This document shows positions 1-10,139 of a stretch of DNA of 64,000 nucleotides, piece by piece. Below the pieces are notes generated by a model, which saw only the letters and a list, made by a program, of their open reading frames with translations, was not told the DNA's origin and made no database searches. Where the stretch lies: the sequence record NC_134264.1; one strand, given 5' to 3'. The translations under genes were made by a program, and so were the position numbers. The stretch comes from Escherichia phage Lindwurm. Numbering within the stretch: position 1 is the first letter of the stretch; each line of letters begins with the position of its first letter.

Positions 1-187
1 CATCTAGTAAATCCAGACGCGTAATAGGAATCCACTTAATCTCTTTGGCAACAACACCACTATTCTTATACATAATAGGGTATTTACTAGTCATTGTCTC
101 TATGTGATAAGTGGTTTGCTTACTACAATAATCCCAAAGTTCATCATCGGGCTTGAAATAGGCTTTATTAGATATAACAACCTTCAT
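1..187 (-). CDS. hypothetical protein, partial (runs off window start)
   Basis: ATG at 187-185 on minus overlaps the TGA stop of the upstream gene (ATGA); open frame to position 1. Confidence 0.4.
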   Translation of the reverse strand, partial: MKVVISNKAYFKPDDELWDYCSKQTTYHIETMTSKYPIMYKNSGVVAKEIKWIPITRLDLLD

Positions 188-681
188 AATTTTATTCTAA
201 GTCTAGGAATTTCAGGCTCCTCTTGATGGACTTGGTAAATAACAGGGCTATTATTTACCAGAATATAGCTTATATAAGCTGGAACATAGGATAATACAAA
301 TGGATATGGAACTTTAGCTACATAGCATTGGTATTTTCCGTTATAAATTCTAGCTGAATGCAAAACTTTAGAGGTGACAACATCATAGAACGTAGTTTTC
401 TTCCAGTTAATAAGATTTCCATCAGAATCTATAAATTGGCTACGTTTTGACCCAACTAGTTGAGACAACATTGATATTCTACCTCTAATAGGATAGAGCT
501 TGTATGGTAATTCTTTCCGTTTCTCAAATAGAATAAGTCTACGTTGAGAAAATGTGCCAGGCAACTTCCTGTTATCTAGCACATATTTATTATATCTTGT
601 TGTAATTACGGAATAATCACCTTCTTGCTCAATTGATACAAACGCCCGTAAAGCATATATGGGCAATTTGAAATCAAGCAC
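184..681 (-). CDS. hypothetical protein
   Basis: 165-aa ORF in track; GTG start; abuts end of polymerase gene. Confidence 0.45.
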   Translation of the reverse strand: MLDFKLPIYALRAFVSIEQEGDYSVITTRYNKYVLDNRKLPGTFSQRRLILFEKRKELPYKLYPIRGRISMLSQLVGSKRSQFIDSDGNLINWKKTTFYDVVTSKVLHSARIYNGKYQCYVAKVPYPFVLSYVPAYISYILVNNSPVIYQVHQEEPEIPRLRIKL

Positions 682-3241
682 CGAGAATCCTTCTCACGTT
701 ATCCAAATCTTTACATACAGCAATAAACTTATCATCCTTGTATTTGCTATGATCTGGATGCTCTTTATCCATTGCAGCTAGTTTCTTATACTCGAACTCT
801 GCATCAAGTAATACACCCTTGACATAACGAGTATATTCATCATCATCAATACAAGCGATTGATGGGTGCTGTTTCTTCATCTTACCACAAGAATAGTCAC
901 GAGAACCTCCAGCTTCAGAATCTGAATCAATACCAATCGGGCAACCAGGAATACTGATACCACGGTCTTTCTGAATATTACGAATCAGGATTTCATTGTA
1001 TTGGTCGATCAAATCCTCACGAACAATAGCAACTACGGAGTCGTGAACCAGCATAACAATCTTCATCTCTTGTTCTAGGCCAAGAGAAATGATCTCATTA
1101 TCTGCATCTACAGCACCTAAAAGGAGACTATCAGAAGAAGCAGACTGAATGATTGCGTTAAATCCAGAGCGGATTTCTTCACCCTGAACACCACGGTCTT
1201 CGGAATGGATATTATGCAGACGACGTTTACGCCCAAAGTGGCTATAGATAAATCCATGATTCTTGATCTGGTCGTGACACTTATCAATCCAACGCTTAAG
1301 CTGCGGGAACTGACCGAAGTAAGTTTCAATGTACTCTTTAGCATCTGCAACAGTACACTCTACAAACGGTTCACCTGTCTTAGCAGCTTGTTCCAGAAGA
1401 GCTTCGTTAACAGAATGAGCTACTTTAGCTGGGCCAGAACCATACAAAATACCGAAGGTAATTGCCTTAGCAGCCTGGCGCAGGGCTGGGAATAATTTTT
1501 TAACATCACGAGGTTCGCATTGTAGCTTAAATACCATATGTGCGATGTTAGAGTGGAAGTCAGGGTATTTATCAGGTTCATTTCTCATGTTGATAAATAC
1601 CTGTTGCATATTTCTATCACCAGATAGAACAGCAGCATAATAAACTTCCGCAGTTGTTAAGTCCCATGCGATTACACGATACCCGGGAGGGGCTACTACA
1701 CAACCCTTGATAATAGATTCATCACGAGGTAACTGTTGCAGGTTCAGTTTACCAGAAGAACTCAGACGACCAGAAGTAGTCATATGTTCATGGAAGCCAG
1801 TACGAATGCAACCATCAGCATCAATGCTCAGAAGAATCTTCTCAACGTAAGTAGAGATCAGCTTAGTCAGCTTACGAATCTCTAGTAGGGTCTTAGCAAT
1901 TGGATGCTGCGTAGACAATTCGTTCAGAGCTTCTGCATCTGTAGAGTCTGCTCCAGTATCCGTCAATTTACCTGTTGGAGTTAAGCCAACATAATCAAAC
2001 AGAAGAACACGGAGTTGTTTAACAGAGTTTGGGTTAAACGCTTCGTTCTGATCTTTCTCTAGCTGAACGACTTCTGGGTAAGTATACAGCTTCTCACGGG
2101 CTTTATTCAGATTATGAGTTAACTGATACTGAGCTTCTTTCAAGCGATCAATAGAAATTGGTACACCACGATCCTCAACACGCTGGAGAAATACACAACC
2201 AGGCATTAGAACATCATAATACAGACTGCAAAGTTTTTCATTCTTCTCAATTTTTGGTAAGAAGAAGTTGTGCAAACGTATGGTTGCATCGGTATCTTTC
2301 GCAGCGTAAGGCCACATAATATCAAACGGAATTAAATCATAGGTGAAATCTTCTTTCTTGATTTTATGTGCTTTGCAGTAATCCTCTTTGAACTTATCTA
2401 GTTCGAAGTCATAGTCACCCATATCGGTATACTTCATTGCTAGAGATTTCAAGCCATGAGTACCACGACGTTCATCTAGAACATAATGCTGCAACATAGT
2501 ATCATGGAGCCTGCGTTCTTTATGTGCTTTATCAAAAGTAAGTCCCAGATGGTACTTATAAAAGTGCATATCAAACTTCAAGTTGTGAAAAACAATAGTG
2601 TGGTTTTCACTATCCAGAATTTTCTGGAGATAATATACTGCAACCTCTGTGAGACAATCAGAATCGATATATACACCCTGATACTCTTGGTGAGACATAG
2701 AAACACCAAGCAGATAACCATCTCGACAGTATAGTGCTGAGGTTTCGGAGTCGAATGCGACAGGTCCGATAACCATATTATACACCATCTTGATATATTC
2801 TTCTGCCTCCTCAGGGTCAGTAATAGGACGATAATCACCAGCTTTTGCAACCTTCTCACGACCATTGATAATATCGTGGATATTTTCTACTGTTGCATCG
2901 AAAACTGGTTTCATTTCAGGTTTAAAGTGTAACTGGGCTGGGCTGATACTCGCAATCCAGTTAGCATATCCATTATACTCTACACGTTTACCAGTATAGT
3001 CACCAATGCCTTTCTTACCTGCGAAATACAGGAAAGGTTCAGCACCTACTAGTATAACAAAATCATAATCATTCGGATCAAATGGGTTTTCTGGTGTTCC
3101 AATAGTAATGTGCTTTTTAAGCAAACGACCAGATAACTTCTCGTTACACATATGGAATACATCAACTTCCTCGCCGTATAGCTGGAAATGTTTATCGTAA
3201 CGAGTGTTGTTTAGGGCTTTATCAACTACTGCGATTTTCAA
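674..3241 (-). CDS. DNA polymerase, family A, with 3'-5' exonuclease domain
   Basis: 855-aa ORF; Pol A motif B RQAAKAITFGILYGSG, motif C VHDSVV, DTGADSTD motif, N-terminal exo region; length matches my recollection of T5 polymerase. Confidence 0.9.
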   Translation of the reverse strand: MKIAVVDKALNNTRYDKHFQLYGEEVDVFHMCNEKLSGRLLKKHITIGTPENPFDPNDYDFVILVGAEPFLYFAGKKGIGDYTGKRVEYNGYANWIASISPAQLHFKPEMKPVFDATVENIHDIINGREKVAKAGDYRPITDPEEAEEYIKMVYNMVIGPVAFDSETSALYCRDGYLLGVSMSHQEYQGVYIDSDCLTEVAVYYLQKILDSENHTIVFHNLKFDMHFYKYHLGLTFDKAHKERRLHDTMLQHYVLDERRGTHGLKSLAMKYTDMGDYDFELDKFKEDYCKAHKIKKEDFTYDLIPFDIMWPYAAKDTDATIRLHNFFLPKIEKNEKLCSLYYDVLMPGCVFLQRVEDRGVPISIDRLKEAQYQLTHNLNKAREKLYTYPEVVQLEKDQNEAFNPNSVKQLRVLLFDYVGLTPTGKLTDTGADSTDAEALNELSTQHPIAKTLLEIRKLTKLISTYVEKILLSIDADGCIRTGFHEHMTTSGRLSSSGKLNLQQLPRDESIIKGCVVAPPGYRVIAWDLTTAEVYYAAVLSGDRNMQQVFINMRNEPDKYPDFHSNIAHMVFKLQCEPRDVKKLFPALRQAAKAITFGILYGSGPAKVAHSVNEALLEQAAKTGEPFVECTVADAKEYIETYFGQFPQLKRWIDKCHDQIKNHGFIYSHFGRKRRLHNIHSEDRGVQGEEIRSGFNAIIQSASSDSLLLGAVDADNEIISLGLEQEMKIVMLVHDSVVAIVREDLIDQYNEILIRNIQKDRGISIPGCPIGIDSDSEAGGSRDYSCGKMKKQHPSIACIDDDEYTRYVKGVLLDAEFEYKKLAAMDKEHPDHSKYKDDKFIAVCKDLDNVRRILGA

Positions 3242-3334
3242 ATTTAATCTCCTCTTGGTAAGTAAGTATAACTTCAGTGTTTCTTCTCTAACTTACCAAT
3301 ATATTATATCAAAATATTGGGATAATAGCAAATA

Positions 3335-3664
3335 CTATTTATAGGTGTGAAGTAATTTACGCATTTCATTGCGATGCTTTTCTAGTACCCGAAATTCTTC
3401 ATCTATACGCAGAAAAGCATCTAGCGCTTTCATAGATTGCTCAGTATTTTCTACAACAGCCCAATCATATGTTAGGTATACCTCTTGACCTGTATCTTTT
3501 ACTTTAAAGTAAATATAAGATGCAGGTAATTTAGGATCACCAAATAAATGGAAATTCTTTCGTTTATTAAGGGACTCCAGTGTTGTAAACCGCTCTAGTT
3601 TAACCTCTTTGTGTGTTACACTATCATACACTGGAACATCCGCATAAATATATACATATTCCAT
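3335..3664 (-). CDS. hypothetical protein
   Basis: 109-aa ORF in operon context. Confidence 0.45.
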   Translation of the reverse strand: MEYVYIYADVPVYDSVTHKEVKLERFTTLESLNKRKNFHLFGDPKLPASYIYFKVKDTGQEVYLTYDWAVVENTEQSMKALDAFLRIDEEFRVLEKHRNEMRKLLHTYK

Positions 3665-3690
3665 AGTAGCTCCTCAGTTATTTAGGACTA

Positions 3691-4581
3691 TTATACCAAA
3701 TCTTTAAGCGATTCAGCAACTAAAATTTCAATACGTTTTGCTAACATATCAATTTCATCTTTGTTTAAATCACCCGGATCTTTGCCTTCGGGCAGAAGAA
3801 AGTTAGCAACTACAGGTGTTAAACGCGTTTTTGTACGAATTAACTTGGCCAATGCTTGTGCAGCTTTATTACCAGAAGCATCATTATCTAGTAAGATAAC
3901 AACAACTTTTACACCAGCAATAATATAAGGACTGAACTTATCTGCAATGTTATCCGAAGTAAACTGATGTGTACCAAAGCAGCAAGAAGCATAGTCTATA
4001 CCATTATCCTCTAGGTTCAGCATATCAAAGATACCTTCAACTAGAATAAGAACTGGAGTATTATATCGTACAGGGAAAATCGGTGGTGAAACTTGTTTTG
4101 GTTTTACTAAGTATTTAGGAGGGGCAGAACTGTTTATAGAACGACCCAAAAATAGGATATTGCGTCCAACAGCATCTGTGATTGGAAATACAATTCTGCC
4201 TTCCCAGTCTGCTTGGTGTTGGAAAGCAAAATATTTCTTCAAGGTCTTAGAACTTATACCTCGGAAATCACCTTCGAAAAGGTAAGCAGATTCAGGAATT
4301 GCAAGATTCGTTGATCCATTCCTAATCTCTGAAATCTTTTTGCGTACTTGCGATAGCCTTGGGGACTGTAGGTACTGAGTCTCATTAAAATAATGGTAAA
4401 TGCTCGGTATACCTTTACCGAAGCCACAACTCAAGCAGTGCATAATACCTGTTTCAGGATCAATACGCAAACTTGGGTGTTTATCGTCATGATCTGGATT
4501 GAGACAACAGATGAGGATGTCCCCACCTGTGTCTTTATATTCAATGCCTTTCAGATCAAGTAGTTCTGTTATTCTACTCAT
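3691..4581 (-). CDS. DNA primase (zinc-binding plus Toprim-like)
   Basis: N-terminal CxxH..HCxSCG zinc motif (CLNPDHDDKHP...HCLSCGFGKG); acidic Toprim-like LVEGIFD / LLDNDASG. Confidence 0.75.
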   Translation of the reverse strand: MSRITELLDLKGIEYKDTGGDILICCLNPDHDDKHPSLRIDPETGIMHCLSCGFGKGIPSIYHYFNETQYLQSPRLSQVRKKISEIRNGSTNLAIPESAYLFEGDFRGISSKTLKKYFAFQHQADWEGRIVFPITDAVGRNILFLGRSINSSAPPKYLVKPKQVSPPIFPVRYNTPVLILVEGIFDMLNLEDNGIDYASCCFGTHQFTSDNIADKFSPYIIAGVKVVVILLDNDASGNKAAQALAKLIRTKTRLTPVVANFLLPEGKDPGDLNKDEIDMLAKRIEILVAESLKDLV

Positions 4582-6101
4582 ATATCGCTGGCCTGTTCAC
4601 CTGTTGAATTTTCAGCTTTGTCTTTCTTAGCACGTTTAGGTTGAGCCGGCTTATCCTTCTCAATAGGGATAACGAACTCAGCTTCCATTTGAGATATATC
4701 TTCCATTGCTAGGTTGGTAGTGTTATCCATTCGCAGAGTTTCCCAGTTCATTTTAGGCATAAACTTCACGCTATCAGAAGAACGAGTCTTAACGAAGTCA
4801 AACATAATAGCACCTTGACCATTATCAGCTTTTGCAGCGTTAAGATTAGCAGCCATGTCTGCGGAATCAAGAATCCCCTTTGACATACGTGTTCTACCAT
4901 CTTGATCGATCTGGTAAGGAGCTACACCAGCCACGTTATGTTTCTGGCAGATAGATTTGAAAGACGAGCTAACAACCATCTGTTCTTTCCAGTCATACAT
5001 ATCAATGGTTTTAGAGTCTGGAAGTCTGGTTTGGTTAATATAGTCCAGTAAAGCTACTGTAACTTTATCTCCATATCTAGCAACTAATTTATTTAATTCT
5101 ACGTCAACTGTTGTAATAGACAGCTCAGGGTCATAAACAATAATCATAGGAGTATGTAGCTCATACCCTTCTATTAGCTTACTTTCCATATCGTAGAAAT
5201 CACTCATCTTAGCCATTGTGTACTGTTTAACGAAGTTATCGAAAAGCTCTTCACCACCATTAAACATTCTAGCTCTAGTTCTGGCTAATCTCAACAGAGC
5301 TGCACCTTCTAGAGTATTATTACGCATTGCTAGTGCTGATACACCAGCTAACATGGCTAGATTACGCCTAAATACTTCATGTTCTTTCATCTCAATTGAG
5401 AAGTATGGAGCAATATCTCCATTCAAATATTGCTGAACCTGTATGTTTGAACAGATAATGGATTTACCAGTACCACGCCAACCACCAAGCAGTAACGTTT
5501 CTGTGCGAGCTAAACCAATTTGAGCGTCGAACTCATTACAAATACCAAGAGCGATTAAGTTCAGTTTGGTATCTTCTTCTCTCTGGAAAATACGCATGTT
5601 ATCTGCGTTGAATACTTTTCCAGTATTCGTTACTTTCTCTTCTAATTTTAAGTGAAGGGAGGCAACTCGGTTGAGAATTTCTCCCTGATCCAGCATTGTT
5701 AAATCTTGAAGCACGTCTGTTTCTAGAAGCTTCAGGAACAAATCCTGCGTATATTCGGCCTCTAGGACTTCAAGTGCCTGTTCCATGCTCACTTCTGGAA
5801 TTTGAGTGTTAGCTAAGACGACTAGAGCTTGAGAAAGGCGGGCGTTCCTATTAGCTTCAAGCATAAGTGCGTCAATGGACGGCATTGTGTTATATTTTTT
5901 ATAATAATTCTGGACGGCTTGGTAAATTGAGGAGAAAGCGTCATTAAAATGATCTTTATGCAGTTTTGAGAATGTTTCCAATGCTATTTGCTTCTGTTCG
6001 GAAGCTAGAAGCATCTTCAACACTACAGCTTGCACGTTAAACAAGGTCATTCTCCTTTGCACGCTTTCGTGCCTTCTAAATGCAAAAAGGGGAAGGAGCA
6101 T
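4578..6101 (-). CDS. replicative DNA helicase, DnaB/RecA-fold
   Basis: Walker A GGWRGTGKS; 507 aa; ATG at 6101 preceded by GGGGAGG RBS; overlaps primase stop. Confidence 0.7.
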   Translation of the reverse strand: MLLPLFAFRRHESVQRRMTLFNVQAVVLKMLLASEQKQIALETFSKLHKDHFNDAFSSIYQAVQNYYKKYNTMPSIDALMLEANRNARLSQALVVLANTQIPEVSMEQALEVLEAEYTQDLFLKLLETDVLQDLTMLDQGEILNRVASLHLKLEEKVTNTGKVFNADNMRIFQREEDTKLNLIALGICNEFDAQIGLARTETLLLGGWRGTGKSIICSNIQVQQYLNGDIAPYFSIEMKEHEVFRRNLAMLAGVSALAMRNNTLEGAALLRLARTRARMFNGGEELFDNFVKQYTMAKMSDFYDMESKLIEGYELHTPMIIVYDPELSITTVDVELNKLVARYGDKVTVALLDYINQTRLPDSKTIDMYDWKEQMVVSSSFKSICQKHNVAGVAPYQIDQDGRTRMSKGILDSADMAANLNAAKADNGQGAIMFDFVKTRSSDSVKFMPKMNWETLRMDNTTNLAMEDISQMEAEFVIPIEKDKPAQPKRAKKDKAENSTGEQASDI

Positions 6102-6132
6102 AGCCCCCTCCCCTTAGGTTTAATTTACCAGA

Positions 6133-6900
6133 TTATTCAGCAGCCGCAGCTTTTGCATCCAGTTTAGCACGCTTAGCGGCACCATCATAGTCCTTAGCAA
6201 CCAGACCACGACGAGACAGCATAGATTTAACACCCCGCTCAGACTTACCAGTTTTCTCAGCAATCTCAGCAACAGTCATGTTAACCAGATCCAGACCTTC
6301 TAACAGATCTTCACGAGTTTTAGCACTTGAAGTTTCCTGTACCGGCATAGCAGCAATACGACCTTCACGAAGCAGACTCAGAGCTTTACCACGGATCTGC
6401 TTAATATTGCGACCGAAGTGAGCAGCGATAGCTTCAATAGTAGCACCAGCAACAACCTGATTAACAAAATCAGTTTCTTCATCCGGAGTGAAGGAACGAA
6501 CAGCAGCAGCTTTTTCAGTTGGCTTAACAGAAGCAGTCATTTCCAGACTCAGAATCTTACCTTGTACCTGCTTAGCACCGAACTGACCACCAGCTACAGC
6601 AGCAGCGATTTCAGCATAGGTATACTGACCAGCATGAGCGTTCAGGAAATCAACCAGTTCAGCTTCCTGCTCAGGAGTCCACGGAGATTTCTGCACTTCG
6701 TTAGCTTTTTGTACTTCAAAACCTTCTTTACGCAGTTTAGAGCCAACAGAGCGAGCAGTAACATCTTTGCCGGTTTCCGCAGCCAGTTCAGCAGCGATAG
6801 CAGCTACTTGTTCTTGAGAGATTACAGCAACACCCAGAGCAGTGGCTTTTGCTTTCAGAGACTCGGTTACACCTTCTACGTTCCAGTTCAGTTTAGACAT
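6133..6900 (-). CDS. hypothetical Ala-rich protein with three internal helix-rich repeats
   Basis: 255-aa ORF; repeats of type TGKxxxxRSVGSKLRKEG; resembles 9626..10036 product. Confidence 0.5.
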   Translation of the reverse strand: MSKLNWNVEGVTESLKAKATALGVAVISQEQVAAIAAELAAETGKDVTARSVGSKLRKEGFEVQKANEVQKSPWTPEQEAELVDFLNAHAGQYTYAEIAAAVAGGQFGAKQVQGKILSLEMTASVKPTEKAAAVRSFTPDEETDFVNQVVAGATIEAIAAHFGRNIKQIRGKALSLLREGRIAAMPVQETSSAKTREDLLEGLDLVNMTVAEIAEKTGKSERGVKSMLSRRGLVAKDYDGAAKRAKLDAKAAAAE

Positions 6901-7675
6901 TATTATTTTTCTCCAATAGTTCTTTAATCGACAGGATTTCTATCCCATTCGTTTCGGCTTTCTTATAAGATGAGGAAGAACGCTTCGATTCATCCTCACA
7001 GATTAGGTATTTGACGTCTTTAGTAACGGATTTCTTAACCGTATATCCTAGACCTTCTAAATAGTTTGTTGCATCCGTTCGATTTGCAAAATCTTGCAAA
7101 GATCCGGTAATACATACCGCGATTCCATTTGGCTGGGCAATTAATTCATCTGTAATGATGACGTCAGCTTTAGTGCCCTTAATACCGGTTGAAAATTTCC
7201 ACGGTAGTTCGATAACATCCTTGCCTTGTGGGGAATTTAGCCAGGCTTTATAATTTTCTCCAGCCTTGCCGTCAGCCTTCACATCGTGGAAGCTAGTGCA
7301 ATTTTGGGATAATTTCTTTGCTGCAACCTCTCCAATTAGAGAGATTCCTAAAGAACCGAGAACTGAACCAAAGTCAATGTCTCCGCGAACTTTAGTATTT
7401 AATTCGCTAATTAGCTTAGCGGCAACCTTGCTACCCACGGCTCTAACCAAATCTTCTTCGGTTAGGTAAAATAGTTCTGAAATCTTCGTCAGCTCCAGCT
7501 TCTCAATAGTTTTTGGGCCAAAGCCCTTTAACTTCATTTTTGTACAGAAGTTCTCAATTAACTTACTTGATTGCGCTGGACAGTTGGACTTATTCCGACA
7601 GAATAATTGTCCGTTGACAAGATCTAGCTTAGAACCACAAGAGGGACATTGTGTTGGAATTTCGATTTTCATCAA
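6893..7675 (-). CDS. NAD-dependent DNA ligase, C-terminal half (Zn finger, HhH, BRCT-like)
   Basis: CPSCGSKLDLVNGQLFCRNKSNC zinc finger at N-terminus; follows ligase adenylation/OB ORF. Confidence 0.7.
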   Translation of the reverse strand: MMKIEIPTQCPSCGSKLDLVNGQLFCRNKSNCPAQSSKLIENFCTKMKLKGFGPKTIEKLELTKISELFYLTEEDLVRAVGSKVAAKLISELNTKVRGDIDFGSVLGSLGISLIGEVAAKKLSQNCTSFHDVKADGKAGENYKAWLNSPQGKDVIELPWKFSTGIKGTKADVIITDELIAQPNGIAVCITGSLQDFANRTDATNYLEGLGYTVKKSVTKDVKYLICEDESKRSSSSYKKAETNGIEILSIKELLEKNNNV

Positions 7676-7702
7676 ATTTCTTCCTTATCAATTTATATAA
7701 AT

Positions 7703-7731
7703 ATTATAGCAAGTATTTAAGCATTTAGCAA
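7703..7731 (-). promoter_or_regulatory. early-type sigma70 promoter (TTGCTA-17-TATAAT) inside the ligase split
   Basis: minus-strand TTGCTA and TATAAT with 17-nt spacer, followed by ATAAATTGATAAGGAAG box. Confidence 0.5.
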
Positions 7732-7874
7732 CTACAATTTTAACTAACTTTGCTTACCCTCGCCATAACTTTCTATCCCTCAACTGAATGATAATAGTAT
7801 ATACCTAAGCGGCGAAAATGTCAATAACCACTTTATAATTCCGATATGGTAGATGGGTAGCAAAGGGTTATGTA

Positions 7875-8846
7875 TTAATCGTATACTCGCTCTACTATGC
7901 ACGGGATTACACCACCAGCACGAATTACTCGAATCTGGCAACCGATCTCTAGATCGAGAGAGTTAATATAATCAACGTTATTAAGGGTCGCTTTAACAAT
8001 TGTAGCATCATCAATAATTACCGGCTCGAAATAACCAACTGGAGTTACTTTACCAGAAGCCCCTACCTGCCACTCAACTTTAGTAAGAGTTGTAATCTCG
8101 CCTTCTTCATCCTCTTTAATAGCGAATGCTCCACGAGGGAATTTATTAGTCCAGCCTTCACGGAAGAATTTGTTGTTGTCATTAATACGAACAACTTTAC
8201 CGTCCGTCGGAATCCATTTAAAGAAGGAACGCACATTAACAACTGTTAAGAAGTCCTCATTCTCTAGCCAAAGCATATCTTTTAAATATGCTTCTGTAAT
8301 ACCTACAGATTCAGCAGAACACTGGATACCGTATGCAACGAAGATTAGACCACCTTCTCCGATACGTTGTACGAAATCATCACTATCTTTGAGGTTAATA
8401 GCACCAGAGGCAAAGTTACGTTTATTTTCTACTTCTTTTGTAATTAGAACTTCACCAGTGATTTGAGTAGGTACTTTTTGGGAAATCTTTTTAGGAATAT
8501 TCAGCAATCTTACGTTGCTTGTGACATCATTCCCTAGAATACCATTACCACGAGTTAGTGCTTGAACAAATTCTCCATTAATATATAACAGAGAAATCGC
8601 ACAACCATCTAACTTATCAGTTTCTACTTGACCTAATGGGTTAAACGGAGGTTTATCCCCACGATTATAATAAACTTTCTGTAAAGAATACATACGATAC
8701 AGATGTGGGATATCTCCTTTAGGCCCAATCTCTTCCTCTATTGGGAATCTTTTAATAAGACGATCATATTCTTCATCAGAGATTAAAGACATTCCCTGGT
8801 AATACGCTTCTTGACAACGTTTAATAAAGTCTTTTACATTAGTCAT
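7875..8846 (-). CDS. NAD-dependent DNA ligase, N-terminal half (adenylation domain plus OB fold)
   Basis: KxDG adenylation motif in KLDGCAISLLY; C-terminus VIRAGGVIPCIVERV resembles OB-fold end of LigA. Confidence 0.75.
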   Translation of the reverse strand: MTNVKDFIKRCQEAYYQGMSLISDEEYDRLIKRFPIEEEIGPKGDIPHLYRMYSLQKVYYNRGDKPPFNPLGQVETDKLDGCAISLLYINGEFVQALTRGNGILGNDVTSNVRLLNIPKKISQKVPTQITGEVLITKEVENKRNFASGAINLKDSDDFVQRIGEGGLIFVAYGIQCSAESVGITEAYLKDMLWLENEDFLTVVNVRSFFKWIPTDGKVVRINDNNKFFREGWTNKFPRGAFAIKEDEEGEITTLTKVEWQVGASGKVTPVGYFEPVIIDDATIVKATLNNVDYINSLDLEIGCQIRVIRAGGVIPCIVERVYD

Positions 8847-8877
8847 TTATTTATATCTCTCATCAATTTATATAAAT

Positions 8878-8906
8878 ATTATATAACAAAACTGAGTTGA
8901 AAGCAA
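8878..8906 (-). promoter_or_regulatory. early-type promoter
   Basis: minus-strand TTGCTT-17-TATAAT followed by ATTTATATAAATTGATGAGAG. Confidence 0.5.
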
Positions 8907-8933
8907 ATACATTTATAAAGAAAAAGCCAAGAA

Positions 8934-9242
8934 CTAGGCATTCTTGGCTTTGAGTTCTTCAGCTCGTTTCTGTACTTCATGTAAAACCTCAGATTCGCTA
9001 AGAATCTGTGTAAACGCATAGAAAAGCTGTGATGTTGTTTCTAGGGTGTAAGGAAAAGAGAAGCCAGATTTCGTTGGAAACCACTCATCATTAATATCAA
9101 GAAGCCAGTAACGAATACCCATGTATAGATTCCCACGAAATTCAGATACTGTTAATCTTACTTGTTCTCCCTCCTTCTCCCAAAGTATGATGGACTGGTC
9201 ATCAACGTGTCCTTCATAGTTTTGATTTACCTGTTCGCTCAT
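8934..9242 (-). CDS. hypothetical protein
   Basis: 102-aa ORF. Confidence 0.5.
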   Translation of the reverse strand: MSEQVNQNYEGHVDDQSIILWEKEGEQVRLTVSEFRGNLYMGIRYWLLDINDEWFPTKSGFSFPYTLETTSQLFYAFTQILSESEVLHEVQKRAEELKAKNA

Positions 9243-9260
9243 TTACATATCCCAAATACA

Positions 9261-9282
9261 CAAAAAGCCCCATATAGGGGCT
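9261..9282 (-). terminator. hairpin terminator
   Basis: GCCCC-ATATA-GGGGC stem followed by U-run on minus strand. Confidence 0.45.
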
Positions 9283-9292
9283 AATTGGTTTC

Positions 9293-9589
9293 TTATCGGC
9301 CTACTGGAGAAGCACGATCTAACTCTGATTGGAGGCTAGTCACACGACGGACTTTCTCGACAGGAATAAAACGGAAGCTATCATTAGTACGAGAGAAGAC
9401 AAGGATTTCATCATCTTTCGCTTTACGAATACGTTCACGTTTAATACGCTCAGCCAGATATTTATCTTGGGCTGGATCAAATTCCATCGTACCCTGAAGG
9501 TACGTGGTTCCTTTCTGACGAAGTTTCTCGTAATGAAGATAAAACTCACCAAATTTTTCACATTGTGCGATAATTTCAGCTTTGGTCAT
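9293..9589 (-). CDS. hypothetical protein
   Basis: 98-aa ORF. Confidence 0.5.
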   Translation of the reverse strand: MTKAEIIAQCEKFGEFYLHYEKLRQKGTTYLQGTMEFDPAQDKYLAERIKRERIRKAKDDEILVFSRTNDSFRFIPVEKVRRVTSLQSELDRASPVGR

Positions 9590-9625
9590 AACTGTGTTCC
9601 TTTTGTTGGTGGATTTATCTAAAAA

Positions 9626-10036
9626 TTACTTAGTGATAGCTCGGATTGCTTCTGCCAGATGAGCGGCTGCTTTACCGGTCAGTTTGTCGATAATTGCATC
9701 ATCCAGAAAATCTGGTGCTAGGCCAGCATCAGAGAATGCTGAACGAAGATCGGCGTGGGCTTGGGCTTTGGAAGTACGAGAACCACCAGAAGCTTTTTCT
9801 CCAGTAGATGCGCTAGATTTAGAAGCGGAGCCCGCAGCTTTCTTGATATACAAACCTGCTTTAGTCAGCTTCATACGAAAACCGTTCGGAGTTACACCAT
9901 TTTCCTGGGCAATTTCGCTAACAATTTCCATGCTAACGCCTGGACGTTCATCCTCTGGAAATTGCTCCATACGAGCAACGTATTCGGAAGACATTTTTTC
10001 GAACAGTTCATCAGTCCACTGAGTTGGAGTAGTCAT
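9626..10036 (-). CDS. hypothetical protein
   Basis: 136-aa ORF; motif VTPNGFRMKLTKAGL similar to repeats in 6133..6900. Confidence 0.5.
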   Translation of the reverse strand: MTTPTQWTDELFEKMSSEYVARMEQFPEDERPGVSMEIVSEIAQENGVTPNGFRMKLTKAGLYIKKAAGSASKSSASTGEKASGGSRTSKAQAHADLRSAFSDAGLAPDFLDDAIIDKLTGKAAAHLAEAIRAITK

Positions 10037-10092
10037 ATTTTATATTTCCTTAATTAAGAATTAAACAGAATAGTTCTTTCAAACTATGAGAA

Positions 10093-10121
10093 TATTATAT
10101 CAAGAATTATAGGATTAAGCA
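10093..10121 (-). promoter_or_regulatory. early-type promoter
   Basis: minus-strand TTGCTT-17-TATAAT. Confidence 0.5.
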
Positions 10122-10139
10122 ACTGAAATTTTTAAGTAG

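Noticed and set aside
1117-2865. Small ORFs nested in or antisense to the DNA polymerase gene (1117..1350, 1205..1495, 2486..2734, 2578..2865)
   Set aside because: Fully contained in a well-supported 855-aa CDS; no independent signals.
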